Of a DNA stretch of 52,739 nucleotides, positions 25,438 through 38,627 are shown in pieces. Origin of the DNA: Octopus bimaculoides (Eukaryota). Positions within the stretch are counted from its first letter, which is position 1. Every line of letters starts with the position of its first letter. The DNA is taken from the NCBI RefSeq assembly GCF_001194135.2, contig NC_068984.1, forward strand, positions 34,901,779 to 34,954,517. Reading direction: 5' to 3'. The position numbers and the translations under genes are program-made. The notes under the pieces were generated by a model that made no database searches, was not told the DNA's origin, and was given only the letters and a program-made list of their open reading frames with translations.

Positions 25438-26607
25438 TTGGGTTATCCCATAAATAATGCGGCTTTTTCAATTACATGAAATAAAAGACGGAGGAAAACG
25501 GGATAAACGATCTGCATAAACTTTGTATAAAAGCAGGTATTAATTTTACTTTGTGCAAATTTTGAAGAGTGCAGTCCAATTTTAACTGTTAATTTTTCAA
25601 AGCTACAAATGAAAGTGACAAAAATGTGTATTCGGCATATTTTACTTTATAAGTTCAATAAAGGCAGCAACGCAACGGAAATTGCGAGGAATATTAATGC
25701 AGTGTATGGGGATTAGACAATAAGTGTAAGCCAATCTGAACGGTAGTTCCAGAGTTTTCCGTGCTGGAAACTACAGCCTGGAAGACGTGTCACGCCCTGA
25801 AAGATTCATAGAGCTCGAAGAGGACGTCCTGCAAACCCTGTTGGAAAGTAATACCATCGTAACTGTTGAGAAACTAGCAGAGAAGCTTGGATTTGCTCTT
25901 TCAACCATTCATCGACACCTGCGTGCCATCGGAAAAATCAAGAGATTGGGCCAAAGGGTTCCTCTCAAACTTTTATAGAGTCTAATTGCACGAAGAGTGA
26001 ATGTGTGCTCTTCTTTGATGTCATGTCTGAAGAATGGACCATCTTTGGGACTGAATAGGGACTGGTTACGGGAAATGGGTTCTCTATAAAAATGTCAAGC
26101 GCCGAAGGTAGAGAAAGGTGAAACACCGGCACTCCAGACTAACATAGGAGATCTACTGCGAGTAGATTGAGCAGCTTAAGTCAGCGATAGAAGAAAAATG
26201 ATCATCTTTGTTTAAAGTCGAAAAGCGTTCTTCCATCAGGATAATTCTCGTCTACATATAGCGAGGACGACATTACATAGGCTGGAGCAGTTTGAATGAG
26301 GAACGTTGCCCCACCCACCATATTTGGCGGACATTGCCCCGTCTGATTATCATTTGTTCCGCAGTCTTCAAAATCATTTGGACGGAAAAAATATGAATTC
26401 TCTAGACGAGGTAAGAACAGTACTAGAGCAGTATTTTTCGTCACTGAGAAGTGAATTGTAAAAGATGGACATTGCAAGTCTACCATATAGATGGAAGTGT
26501 ATTGTAGAAAACGAAGAAGAGTATATTTTAGATTTAAAAATAATTTTGGTTATCTTAATTCTGAAAAAAAATATATAAAAACCCGCATTATTTATGAGAT
26601 GACCCAA
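25438..26607 (+). mobile_element. Decayed mariner (DD34D-type, Hsmar1/SETMAR-like) with TIRs and TA TSD
   Basis: TIRs TTGGGTTATCCCATAAATAATGCGG and its near reverse complement ending at 26607; TA at 25436-37 and 26608-09. Transposase from ATG 25609 (MKVTKMCIRHILLYKFNKG...), FHQDNSRLH, HPPYLADIAPSDYHLF, ending EEEYILD, with stops, frameshifts and a central deletion. Confidence 0.95.
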
Positions 26608-26886
26608 TATATAATAAGTGGACATTTCTTTTTAGCAAAATATATATAGTAATGTTTCAAATTTTATAATTTTTGATCGAAGTACTATGAGACTTTTATA
26701 TTACTTGCTATGATGGTAGATTGAGAAGTGTGATGTTTTCCTATCAGAACGAATTATTGAAACGTGAATTGCAAATAATAATGAAGAAGCCTATGTAGCC
26801 TCTTACATATATCCAACCATGTGTGTGTTTATGCTTGCGTGCGTGTGTGAGTGCGTGTATGTGTGTGTGTGTGTGTGTTTGTGTGT

Positions 26887-26935
<49 letters not shown>

Positions 26936-27269
26936 TGTGTGAATAGGGGTATGCGTGTGTGCAGCTGCAGGCACAAGCTGTTGTGTGTATGTGCGCGTGA
27001 CTAGAATATTAGAAACGTTGCCAGTTGTTAAGTTTTAGTGTTACAGTTTAGCATGGATGAGTGAAATAGTAGAGCCTCGTACATTGTGCTAATACATCAA
27101 CTTCTTTATAGCGAATTATAGCCAGGCTATGTAGCCTTTGTTTTTCATTCTTCTAATGTAGTTACAATGTACCCTTGTCCCTGTATTTGTGTCGATTTGA
27201 TAATCCTTATATTCCTATGCGTTAGCTTGGCATCACAGCATTCTCTGACCGGATTTCAAAAAAACAATA

Positions 27270-27480
27270 ACAATAATTCCTACAAAGGCATTTACAGATG
27301 CAATGCCTCAGCTTTAGTGGGGGAAATAGTCGGTTATATTGCATGAATACTCCATACGCACTTCTTTTATTTCTGCACCACAATGAAGATGAAATGCAAA
27401 GTTAACCGCTGCGGAATTTAAACTCTGAACGTGAAAGAAAATCCCATGTCTCATTTTACGTGCCGCTCTATCGAATCTCA
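27270..27480 (-). mobile_element. SINE family B, highly degenerate
   Basis: GAAATGCAAAGTTAACCGCTGCGGAATTTAAACTCTGAACGTGAAAG resembles the 29750-29800 core. Confidence 0.55.
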
Positions 27481-28010
27481 AGGTACTGGCCTAAAAAAAT
27501 CTATACATTTATGAAATAATTACTTTTTAAAAAATAATTTGATGGAATATAATAGTGTTGAAAATGAATTTGTTATCACGTTCACTTGGAAACTTTTCAG
27601 CTAAAAAGAAATTATGAACTCATGTTTAAAGATTAACAAGAGTGCAGTAGGATGATAAAAGTGCACCTTGTGTCGCTTAGGCATCATTATCATAGCTGTT
27701 AAAATATTCGCAAGAATTCTAAACAAAATCGATAAAAACGAAAACTTTACAATGATTTGCAGTAATATCAAAAAAGTATGTCAAATAACTTCATGATGAA
27801 TGCATCACAACAGAACAGAATTAAGGACATTTTCGTTACCTGTTATATATGATCTGTGTATAATCTTTGAATCGGATCGAATACCACCTTTCTATAGCAT
27901 TACGTGTCTTCCATATTACATCAGCATAAACAGTAAATATAAAGTGCTAAACATTATATAAACGTCATATAAAAAAACTGAATATATATGATAAATGATT
28001 GATTTTTCAG

Positions 28011-28054
28011 GTGGAAATATAGTAAAGCCTGAAGCTTTCACACAAAATACCTAA
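28011..28054 (+). CDS. Candidate terminal exon (phase 1; GNIVKPEAFTQNT*)
   Basis: Acceptor TGATTTTTCAG|G, stop at 28052-54, AATAAA at 28078-83. Confidence 0.15.
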
Positions 28055-28679
28055 TTTTCTGATTCTCAGATTTTAGAAATAAAATTATGATATTTTGTAA
28101 GTGATAACACACGTTTCTGAATTGCCGTGTATTGCGTGCATAGACCAAGGAATGTTATTTTCCTGAGTGCAATTCTGATATATATATATTTGCTTTCGTG
28201 TACTCTTTTTGCAATGTTTCTAACAAATGTATTCAGATTTTCGGATTTGCATGCATAATATACATGAATGTATTTGAATGAAGAAGAGATTAAATCGTTA
28301 GTAACTTCGTTGCACGCAGATTCTAAAGTTGGTATGTAATGGATTTGTGTTCATCTATTTAATAAACAGTCATACATTCAATCTCAAATACACACATTCA
28401 CACAAACGATCACTAACACCCGTTCACGCATATGATCTTTCAATATATTCAGTATATTTTGCAAATAATTTAAATAAACTTACACCAGGCACATTCAAAC
28501 AAGAATAACCGTGCTCCTCGCTTCTTTCGTGTATAAGCTCTCTCTCTCTCTCTCNNNNNNNNNNNNNNNNNNNNNNNNNNNNNNNNNNNNNNNNNNNNNN
28601 NNNNNNNNNNNNNNNNNNNNNNNNNNNNNNNNNNNNNNNNNNNNNNNNNNNNNNNNNNNNNNNNNNNNNNNNNNNNNNN

Positions 28680-28721
<42 letters not shown>

Positions 28722-29655
28722 GCACGCAAACACACATGCGTGTGCGTGTGTCTATGCGTGCATGAGTATTTTCAGCATTACTATCAGATAAACCAGCATT
28801 GAAACAAAATTCTATTTATTATTTTAATCAGCAGTGAGAATGTTTTTACATATATACACACAAATATATATCAAGTGAACATAGAGTCGAACAAAAGATA
28901 GAGAAAACATCTTGAGACCTTTTTTTTTTTCATTCGTTTTGCATTTGTATCTCCATCGAATCTTTTCTTTATGTATTTCAACATTGTTGAAATGTGGAAT
29001 GCACTTTTATACACATGCACCAATGCCTGCGCATATGTATATAAGACACCCCCCACACACACACATACACACATGCACATATATACATTTTTCTTGATGG
29101 TAACATTCAACATAAAAAACAATTAAAATTTCAGCAACTATCTAACACAAATTTGCAACTATCTAACACATTTGCAAATTTGCAAAAGAAGAAGACTTCT
29201 ATGAACGTGAGGAGAGATGCTACAGTTCACTGTACAATGTATTTCAGAACATTCTAGGTAACATTAAAACAAAACCGTACTTAAACGACATCACAGTGAA
29301 CTTTCTACGTTGTTTCTTGAAACAAAAAATGGCACACCGTAGAGTGTATATATCATACTAAATGCCTTGCATGGAGTTCCGATACATTTTGCCTCCTCAT
29401 TTTAGACGTTACTTCTACACAAGCTAGAAAATAAAAATTCATACACAATATCCTGATACACGAAAGACAAAGCAATCAATTGATAAATGTAGGTTACTTT
29501 CAACCAGAAGCGAAGACATTTTATATGCATTGTTTGAAATTGTATCTAATGGGAGAAAGATCTACTATCCGGGGATGAATCTCCTTTGTATATATATATA
29601 AAACGTGAGGTCTCTTGTAATTTCATCTGTCACAGAAATTTGTAGTATATTTCTT

Positions 29656-29860
29656 ATTTCTTTATTGCCTACTAGGGGCTAAACATAGATGGGGCAAACA
29701 AGGACGGACCCGTGCGTAACTGGTACTTAATTTATCGACCCCGAAACGATGGAAGGCAAAGTTGACCTCGGCGGTATTTGAACCCAGAACGTAAAGACAG
29801 ACGAAATATCGCTAAGCACTTCGCCCGGCGTGCTAACGTTTCTGCCAGCTCGCCGCCTTA
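29656..29860 (-). mobile_element. SINE family B (tRNA head, Nin-like core) with 13-bp TSD
   Basis: Minus-strand head GGCGGCGAGCTGGCAGAAACGTTAGCAC...GGGTTCAAAT; direct repeats TAGTATATTTCTT at 29643-29655 and 29861-29873. Confidence 0.92.
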
Positions 29861-30442
29861 TAGTATATTTCTTTGGTATATTTCAGCGTTGGCGTAATAT
29901 AGGCTCCACATCACATGATGTGGTAAGGTGCAAAGATGTGGAATAAGCTGCTAAAGATTACACTTCCACATAAAACGTGAATAATGGGTTGTTAAAATAT
30001 GACAACTAATTTTTTTAAAAATCTATTTAATATTGTTTGTGATCCCAAAGTAAAGTAATGTTATATTGTAGAAATCAGCAACGCGTATGACAACTGTGTT
30101 GTAAGAGAAATACATGTGTATCATTAATGAAGATCTAAAAGTCGAATAACGGAAATACTTTTTTTAAATTCTATCTGCATTTTGTTTGAAATTACATGAT
30201 ATGGTCCAAGTTAACAGGTTCAAAGTAGAACCATGCATAGACATCCGTTGAAAGTAGCCAGCTTTACATCTTATACATTATATAAGATTCCTAGAAAAGT
30301 AAAGTTTTGGATTACCTAGCAAATTTAAAGGGTTAATAGCTGCGAATGAGATTATACTCTTCGAACATTACTACTGAGGAGATGGAAGTAAGAATTCTAA
30401 ATCAAGTCTAAAAAAAACCCTACATTCAGACAAAAGATTTTT

Positions 30443-30595
30443 AGGCGCAGGAGTAGCAGGAGTGGTAAGTAGCTCGCTTATCAACCACACGGTTCCGGGA
30501 TCATTCCCACTGCGTGGCACCTTGGGCAAGTGTCTTCTACTATAGCCTCGGTCTCACCATAGCGCTGTGAGTGGATTTCGTAGACGGAAACTGAA

Positions 30596-30627
<32 letters not shown>

Positions 30628-30920
30628 ATGTGTGCATGTCTGTGCATGTCTATGTGTGTATGTGTGCATGTCTGTGCATGTCTATGTGTGTATGTGTGTG
30701 TATATGTTTGTGTGTCAGTGTTTGTGCCCCAACATCGCTTGACAACCGATGGTGGTGTGTTTTCGTCTCCGTAACTTAGCGGTTCGGCAAAAGAGACCGC
30801 TAGAATAAGTACTAGGCTTCCAAAGAATACGTCCTGGGGTCGATTTGCTTGACTAAAGGTGGTGCTCCAGCTTGGATACTGTCAAATGACTGAAACAAGT
30901 CAAAGAGTAAAAGAGTAAAT
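30443..30920 (+). mobile_element. Full-length SINE family A: head, internal (TA/TG)n, tail
   Basis: Head matches 7860-8024, tail matches 6050-6212, ends in short AAGAGTA-type repeats. Confidence 0.92.
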
Positions 30921-31099
30921 GATACTTCTTTTGGATTTGTATGGTTTTCCTTACTGTTTAGAATTTTGTTCAAATTGTCTTCAAATTTGGTATATGGATT
31001 AAGTCTTGTATAGTAATTATGAAAATGAAATTCATTTTCTCCGTAAATCCATAATTAAAAAGTTATTAGCCTTTAAACATTGCAAAATTTGGGTATTGC

Positions 31100-31385
31100 A
31101 GCCAATCAGAAGCGAGTAATTTACATATATCACTATAGCGAAAATTTCTACTTCCATAGTAACCAAAGCAAATAAGCACCACGTGTTGCATAGCAGATTG
31201 CAAAGGGCTGTTTTCATAGTATCTACGATAAAATGACAAGTTGGACGAGATAAAGCAAAAGGAATGTGCGTTCAGATATGTTTAAGCATATAGGAACGAA
31301 TAACCAGGTTTCAAATGCGCCAGTAACGTGATACTTCACGATATTCTCTCTCCAACCTCCTACCGGAAGAGGGCCGATTGGCCAA
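31100..31385. promoter_or_regulatory. Motif cluster: CCAAT boxes, E-box, ETS site
   Basis: AGCCAATCAG 31100-09, CACGTG 31180-85, ACCGGAAG 31362-69, CCAAT on the minus strand near 31377-81. Short motifs that can occur by chance. Confidence 0.15.
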
Positions 31386-31605
31386 CAAAATAACAAAATG
31401 AGAAGGAAAAAAGGATATATATATATATATATATACATATATATACACAAAAGCATATACAAGAACTCATATACACATACACACATATTTGTATCTCGTC
31501 TTATATTGGTTTTCGTTATCTGTAAAGAGTGCCGAATGTAATTTATCGTATGTTTGTATATATATTTATATATAGGTGTGTGTGTGAGTGTGTGTGCGTG
31601 TGTGT

Positions 31606-31651
<46 letters not shown>

Positions 31652-31935
31652 TATATACATATATGCATATACACACACACGCACATACATCGGAAGCCAT
31701 TGATTTGGCAATGCAATATAAACTGTCTAGTTGATTGAGATGAAGAAGGAAATATTAATCACCGATAAAAAAAAAAATAGATCTTCTCTCAGGTCACTCA
31801 AAGTAGTAACTTAATTCTATAAGTTTCAGTCTATATTTAATCATATATATGAGGTTATTTACACCAATCACCTTATCATACTTATTTTCTTTTCCGTCTT
31901 GCATTCTCTTATTTTAAGTGAAATATATGTGTGCG

Positions 31936-31985
<50 letters not shown>

Positions 31986-32108
31986 ATTTTGAACCCTGCC
32001 ACAAATATACGCACGCACACACAGGTACACAAACACACACACACACATACAAAACAAACAAACACACAAATGCACACACGCACGCACACACACACACGCG
32101 CGCACACA

Positions 32109-32187
<79 letters not shown>

Positions 32188-32364
32188 GTGTGTGTGTGTA
32201 TATGCATCAAACTGAGATCATATCTCACATGTTTTACTAATTATGAGGTGCTTAATATAATATTGTGCAATTTAGTCAAGGAAGGAATTGTCATGAAAAT
32301 GTATAGTAGACTTCATTGTTGAGATGTGACAATTTCCTTGTTTGTTTCCGTTCACCTTTCCCAG

Positions 32365-32415
32365 AAACATATTGAGGACACCAAATATCTTTCCGTCTCT
32401 ACAGCGATGAATTAG
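32365..32415 (+). CDS. Candidate terminal exon (KHIEDTKYLSVSTAMN*)
   Basis: Long polypyrimidine acceptor TTTCCTTGTTTGTTTCCGTTCACCTTTCCCAG|, one open frame, GTGAGT donor overlapping the stop. Confidence 0.2.
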   Translation, partial: KHIEDTKYLSVSTAMN

Positions 32416-33403
32416 TGAGTTTTAAATGCTTCAAAAAATATTCTTTTTAATGTCGATATGTCCACCTCCGTTTCATTTTTTTACAATACACAAGAAGACC
32501 GATGTTTTCTTATTATATATCCAGAGCAGAACTGGGGTTATCACGAAAGAATAACAACTATCTTTGTGGTAGGTAGCCAGTTGCAAGTCTATGAGAGTGT
32601 GACGACGAATCTGTTGCGAAAACTACTGAATATTTCATTTTATCACCAATTCACCTCAATGGCAATTTGGTCAGAAACTTCAAACAATAGGTTCTTTTCT
32701 GTTTGTTTTCCTTTTCGTGGGCGTCTAGTCCAGTGATTGTGTTTACTCACAAATATCAGTGTAACTGATGGTGAAGAGGTCAAATTGAAGACAGGGGTGC
32801 CAGGGACGATGAGGACTGACTGTAGTTGGGCAGCAGTGGCAGTGAAAGCGAATGTCTATTGCGGTGAACCTGTGATAGTAGTGATAGACAGTTATAGCGT
32901 GACCTTCACTGGCGGAGTTGGCGATGAAGGATGTGACAAGTGTCGTGGTAGTAGTGGGGGTGGTGTGTTTGTGGCATATATGCTTGGAGTTGTGGGAGAC
33001 AATGTTGTCGATGACGGTCAACAATAGACAATACTTGCCGCAGCAGGTAAAGGCGATGGTGGAGTGGGGGGGGGTGACGCTTTCGCAATTTTATTTTTTT
33101 GTTCTTTAGTAGACACGATTTCAAATAGATTATTACAAATAACCAATAGCCGCTGCTTTATGTATATATATATATANNNNNNNNNNNNNNNNNNNNNNNN
33201 NNNNNNNNNNNNNNNNNNNNNNNNNNNNNNNNNNNNNNNNNNNNNNNNNNNNNNNNNNNNNNNNNNNNNNNNNNNNNNNNNNNNNNNNNNNNNNNNNNNN
33301 NNNNNNNNNNNNNNNNNNNNNNNNNNNNNNNNNNNNNNNNNNNNNNNNNNNNNNNNNNNNNNNNNNNNNNNNNNNNNNNNNNNNNNNNNNNNNNNNNNNN
33401 NNN

Positions 33404-33449
<46 letters not shown>

Positions 33450-33450
33450 C

Positions 33451-33905
33451 CATCCATGAGTTATCAAAGCATGTACAGATTAGTTACGGTTCAGTTCAGT
33501 CCATTATCGCTGAATATTTGGGTATGAGAGGCGTGTCTGCCAAATTTGTACCAAAACTGCTTTCAACTGATCAAAATGGCATTCGGGTTTCAGTTGCACA
33601 CGATCTGCTTGATTGTTTCGAGAGCAATGAAACCTTTTTGTAAACTTTGCCTAGGCTTCTCTGCAGGTATCGCCAAAATTTCTTGAAGATTCTCCGCTCA
33701 TTTTTCACCGTCGTCGTCATTGCAATAATCACACGCTACGTACCTTCCTTCCAAGAATGGTTGTAAACAAGAAAAATGAGCTAGACCGTTAAGACTTCCT
33801 GTGCATGCACAACAGTGTTGAAGGTCAATCTGTGTTAAGCGGCTTTACTTTGCGTACTTTAGCTTCGTTACTATGGCAACAATCCGGATACTTATTGTTG
33901 AGAAC
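33451..33905 (+). mobile_element. Internally deleted mariner fragment
   Basis: TIHELSKHVQISYGSVQSIIAEYLGMRGVSAKFVPKLLSTDQ is the second HTH plus the (W/F)VP-linker of mariner transposase. A TIR-like end CCGGATACTT lies near 33886-95; the boundary is approximate. Confidence 0.85.
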
Positions 33906-34282
33906 ATGTATATATACCTATGTGCGTGTGTAATTGAGAGTGATCCAAAATAAGATTCCGGTTCCGGAACAGATTAAACATTGCTTTCTTCAACAATACT
34001 ATAAAACATCGTGATTTCTACCTAATGAGTTGGAAAGGCGTAGCATAAAAGACCTGGGGCAAGCGCCTTTCCCTTCAGCTATCATGAATCGTTAGTTTAG
34101 GTGTAGGTAACTTCTAGTGGGCTATATATATTTTTTCTCAAACAAAAAAAAAATTACTGAATGACGGAAGCTGCAACTAAACATACACGCATTGGAATTA
34201 TGATTGTGGCTTGATATACGTTCATATATACGCGCGCACACACACAGGTTCACATATACTTACATACATGCATTCATACACG

Positions 34283-34409
<127 letters not shown>

Positions 34410-35064
34410 CGTGAACAAGCGCTGACTTAGCTTCCTGAATCGCCAGTGGTGAGAGAAAGCGACCGTAAATGGTAAAGTTAAATGTGCAATGAGAAAGAAA
34501 GAAAGAAAGAAAGACAGAAAGAAAGAGAAAGAGTAAGAAAGAGAGAGAGGGAGAGAAAGAGAGAGAGATATGTAGAGAGAGAGATACAGTCACAGGGACA
34601 CAGAAATGGAAACTTATTGTAAGAGAGTTAAGTGGGAAGGAGAGATAGGAAAAGATTGTTTGAGTGTATAGGCGAGAGAGAAAACAAAGATTGCAGAAGA
34701 TGCAGGAAAATGGAAGAATCGAAGAAAATATGAATACACAAATTGAAAACTCATATGACTTACAAAAGCGACAACAAGATGAAGAATAGATGAAAACAAA
34801 ATACAATAGGGCTATAGAGCTAATTAATGTGTATTATTGGTGAATAATGTGGATGTAAATGGTATATTGAATACTATATCGGTTATATGAAGGAAACGAA
34901 ATTAACGCACCAAAAGCTTTCAAAGACATTTACATTCAAACACTCACAATAAAAAGCACGTATTGTCTCACAAAATCGACCACGTATATATACTCACGCG
35001 TTCATGTCAATGTATGCTCTAAACACATATAGATGCTGTAATACACTTAAACATACAAGCACAC

Positions 35065-35120
<56 letters not shown>

Positions 35121-35778
35121 TGCAAACACCTTAGATACGCACAAAAAGGTAGACATATATACACGGATTTATACAAGGATATATGTAGACACATTTATAC
35201 ACACGTATATGAGCACATATATGCACACCATATAAATACATAGACACACACAGACATATATTCGCATAGACAGGGACATATATATTTTCGCGTACGCATA
35301 TTTATCTATATGCCAGTGCATGTGTGTATGTGTAGGTTTGTGTGGTTGCGAACATATTCTCCTTCCCGTTTGCCTTTCATTTCCATAAACGTAAAGACGT
35401 ATACATATATATTTATGCGTGCATATATTTACTACGACAGATGTGCGCGCGCGTATGTGTTTGTATGTCGTTTTGTATATACAGACATGTACGTTTGTAT
35501 ATACTTTTATGTATGTGTGCTTCTCTGCGCATTTGTGCTTCTGTTTGAATGTATATTGAATTTATCTAGTTTTTTTGTTATTTTCCGTTGTTCATGCACA
35601 AATACCCTTGATTAATACTTCAACATAAACACATTTATGCTAGGACGCCATTGCATATATATGTATACAAAGATACTGTAAAATTCAGGCATTCAGGCTC
35701 ATAACCTCATGCATATATCCACCCCACGTACCGAATGCAGTCACACACACACACACAGAGGAGTGCACTCGCACGCAT

Positions 35779-35809
<31 letters not shown>

Positions 35810-35975
35810 CACACAAATACATACATATATATATATATATATATACATATACAGAAAGAGATGGAGAGTGAGAGACAGCGTGTGTAAAATATATTTGAAT
35901 ATGCAAGTGTTTTCTATTCAGAAATGTATTGATAATGTCTCCATTAAATACTATTGCACATTATTATTATTATTA

Positions 35976-36037
<62 letters not shown>

Positions 36038-36568
36038 TATCCTCATATATACAAACTTACTATCATTGTTGTCTCTTTCTTCTCCTACAAGCACATATTC
36101 AACAATAGGTATATGGGTAATCAGATGATATCATTACTACACTAAAGACATGTTTGTCTGTTCTAGCGATATAACATTATTTTCTGTATAAATCTATACA
36201 ACATAGGGCTGGCTGGGTTTTTAATTCACTGTTCTTAGGTACCGGATGTCTATGCCTAAAATACATAACTTACACAGATTCTACTTCAGAATGCTTTATA
36301 TAAAACAATAGAAAGTAAATTCTCTGTTTTACGCTCAGACTAAATTGTAAATTTGATTTATGTCGTGTGAACATGGTTAGTGATTTCGAATATCTCGGGA
36401 AATATATAACTTATACACTAGTTTGTACTGCAGAATGACGTGTTAATTGTCTATGTTAAAGGCCATTTGTGTGTGAACATTGGAAAAGGATAAAAAAGCA
36501 ACAAATTAAATACAGTTGCACAAAAACACACGCTGTGAAACAGACACACTTGCTCTTATTTCACACAC

Positions 36569-36668
<100 letters not shown>

Positions 36669-37197
36669 TATAATATACAGACCCCCACAAAAAAACTAAT
36701 AACGAAGAAAAAAATAAATGGATTTTATGGTGTGAATGACTCAACGATCACCACGGTAAATTCTATGCTGCCATTTAGTATTCTTAGAAACCACTCCCAT
36801 TGCGAACAGAAGTCGAGATTGATATTACATTTGAGATGGATTCGATCTGCCTGCTGAAGATAACATCACCTCACACTGTAGCTCAAAATTGTGTATTTTG
36901 GGAGGTATCCAGTATCCAGTACTCCAGTACTTCTAACATTTTAAATTATGAAAATTTTATGTATAAGGATGGTTTTCAATCCGCCTTTGAGTTTAGCACC
37001 AAAAGGCTAAAATTCTATTTTATTGTCCTCATACAATAATTAGAGATCCCCATACAGACGTCTGAGTCACTGGTGCATTATAACTCTTAGAGAAATATAG
37101 GATAAGTTCTGAATTTAGAAGGAGCAAATCAAATGGATACACACACACTCGCGCACTCACACACATACTCGCGCACTCACACACATACACACACATA

Positions 37198-37252
<55 letters not shown>

Positions 37253-37846
37253 TCGAAATACGCAGTAGAAAAACAGCCGTCAACTGGTGAAGAGTCGTTC
37301 TTTATGTTGCTTGTCTCGTTTTCCATTTCTTTCTTTTGTTGCTCGCAAAAAAGTTCGTATCATGTTGTTTACATTCTATTACGTATATATGTAAGTATGT
37401 ACATATATGTATGCATATATGCATATACCTATATATATATATATATATATATTATTTATATTATTATATGATTGAACGTCACGTATCAATTTCCAAGTAA
37501 GTTTTATCTTAATAATTTCGATGCGACTCTTATTGTTCTATTTCTATCCTTATTTCTCTTTCTCTTTCATTTCCACTTTCATTTCCTCTCTCTTCCTTTC
37601 TCTAAATCTTTTTATCTCCCCTTTTCCTCCTTTCGTTTTTATTTTATCTTTCATTATTTCTCTAAATCTGTTCCTCTCCCCTTCGCCACTCTCTGTCTGT
37701 CCCTCTCTCTCACTCACTCTTCCTCCTTTGCTCTCTCATTGCTCGCACGTGACCATCGGCTATCTTTTTTTTCCTAACTTGAGTTCTTTCTTTCCTTCCG
37801 ATCAGCTGCAGGGATCAGACGCATTCTTTTCTGTCTCCTGTCAAAG

Positions 37847-37966
37847 CTTGTATGAGATTTGGTGGCATAAATGGACTTATACTCTCCGACGGAGGATTCA
37901 ATGCCACCAACATCCAACATCAGTTGTATGAATCTAATTTACATAACACATTTTATAACATGCATT
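37847..37966 (+). CDS. Candidate exon (120 nt, phase 1-1; CMRFGGINGLILSDGGFNATNIQHQLYESNLHNTFYNMH)
   Basis: Acceptor CTTTTCTGTCTCCTGTCAAAG|, donor |GTATGT, symmetric. The antisense frame is also open, so the strand is ambiguous. Confidence 0.22.
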
Positions 37967-38398
37967 GTATGTGTAGTTTGTGTATTTATAAATGGTATGG
38001 TATTAGGTGTGTTTCTGAATCTGCTATCTGGGCAAAATCGCTTGTCCGAATATTTGACTGGTGTTTCATTTATTGTTTGGAAATTTTTATCTTGTATCAG
38101 ATTTGTGGAAAACAATATAAATGTTCATATATGTAGAGATATATACTAATTAAATTTTGTATCGACTATAATTATTTTCATGTAATGCATTTATTTTAGT
38201 GACTTATTCCTTATTGTTTATGTGAACGTCAAATTTTGAACACGTGATCATTTCGTATATTGATTAGACTTTTGTCTGTAATCGTCAATGCCAATGCGGG
38301 GATATTTCATAGAGTTCTATTATTTGTTTCGTGATTTTTTTGCTCTGACTATATTTTTATGAGCCTATTGCTTTTATTACCTAATATATATTAAATAC

Positions 38399-38627
38399 CT
38401 TGGTGCCACTTTGTTTATAGTCAACACTGGGGACGTAGGATGCCAGTGTTGACAATAAACGTGGATCCTAATGTAGAATATGTACACATTTCCTCCATCT
38501 TCATTATATTCATCCACGAGTAAGATTTTAAGTTCCTCATCTCTGGTGTTAATATTTGTCCTCATTAAAGAAAATTTGCTGACATTAGAGCAAGAAAATG
38601 AAACACTATTAACTCGCCAGTAATTAG
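38399..38627 (-). CDS. Candidate exon (229 nt, phase 1-2; NYWRVNSVSF...DEELKILLVDEYNEDGGNVYIFYIRIH...NKVAP)
   Basis: Within the 116-aa non-repetitive ORF 38377-38727; acceptor ATATTTATTTGTCAG|, donor CAAG|GTATTT. No recognised family. Confidence 0.3.
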
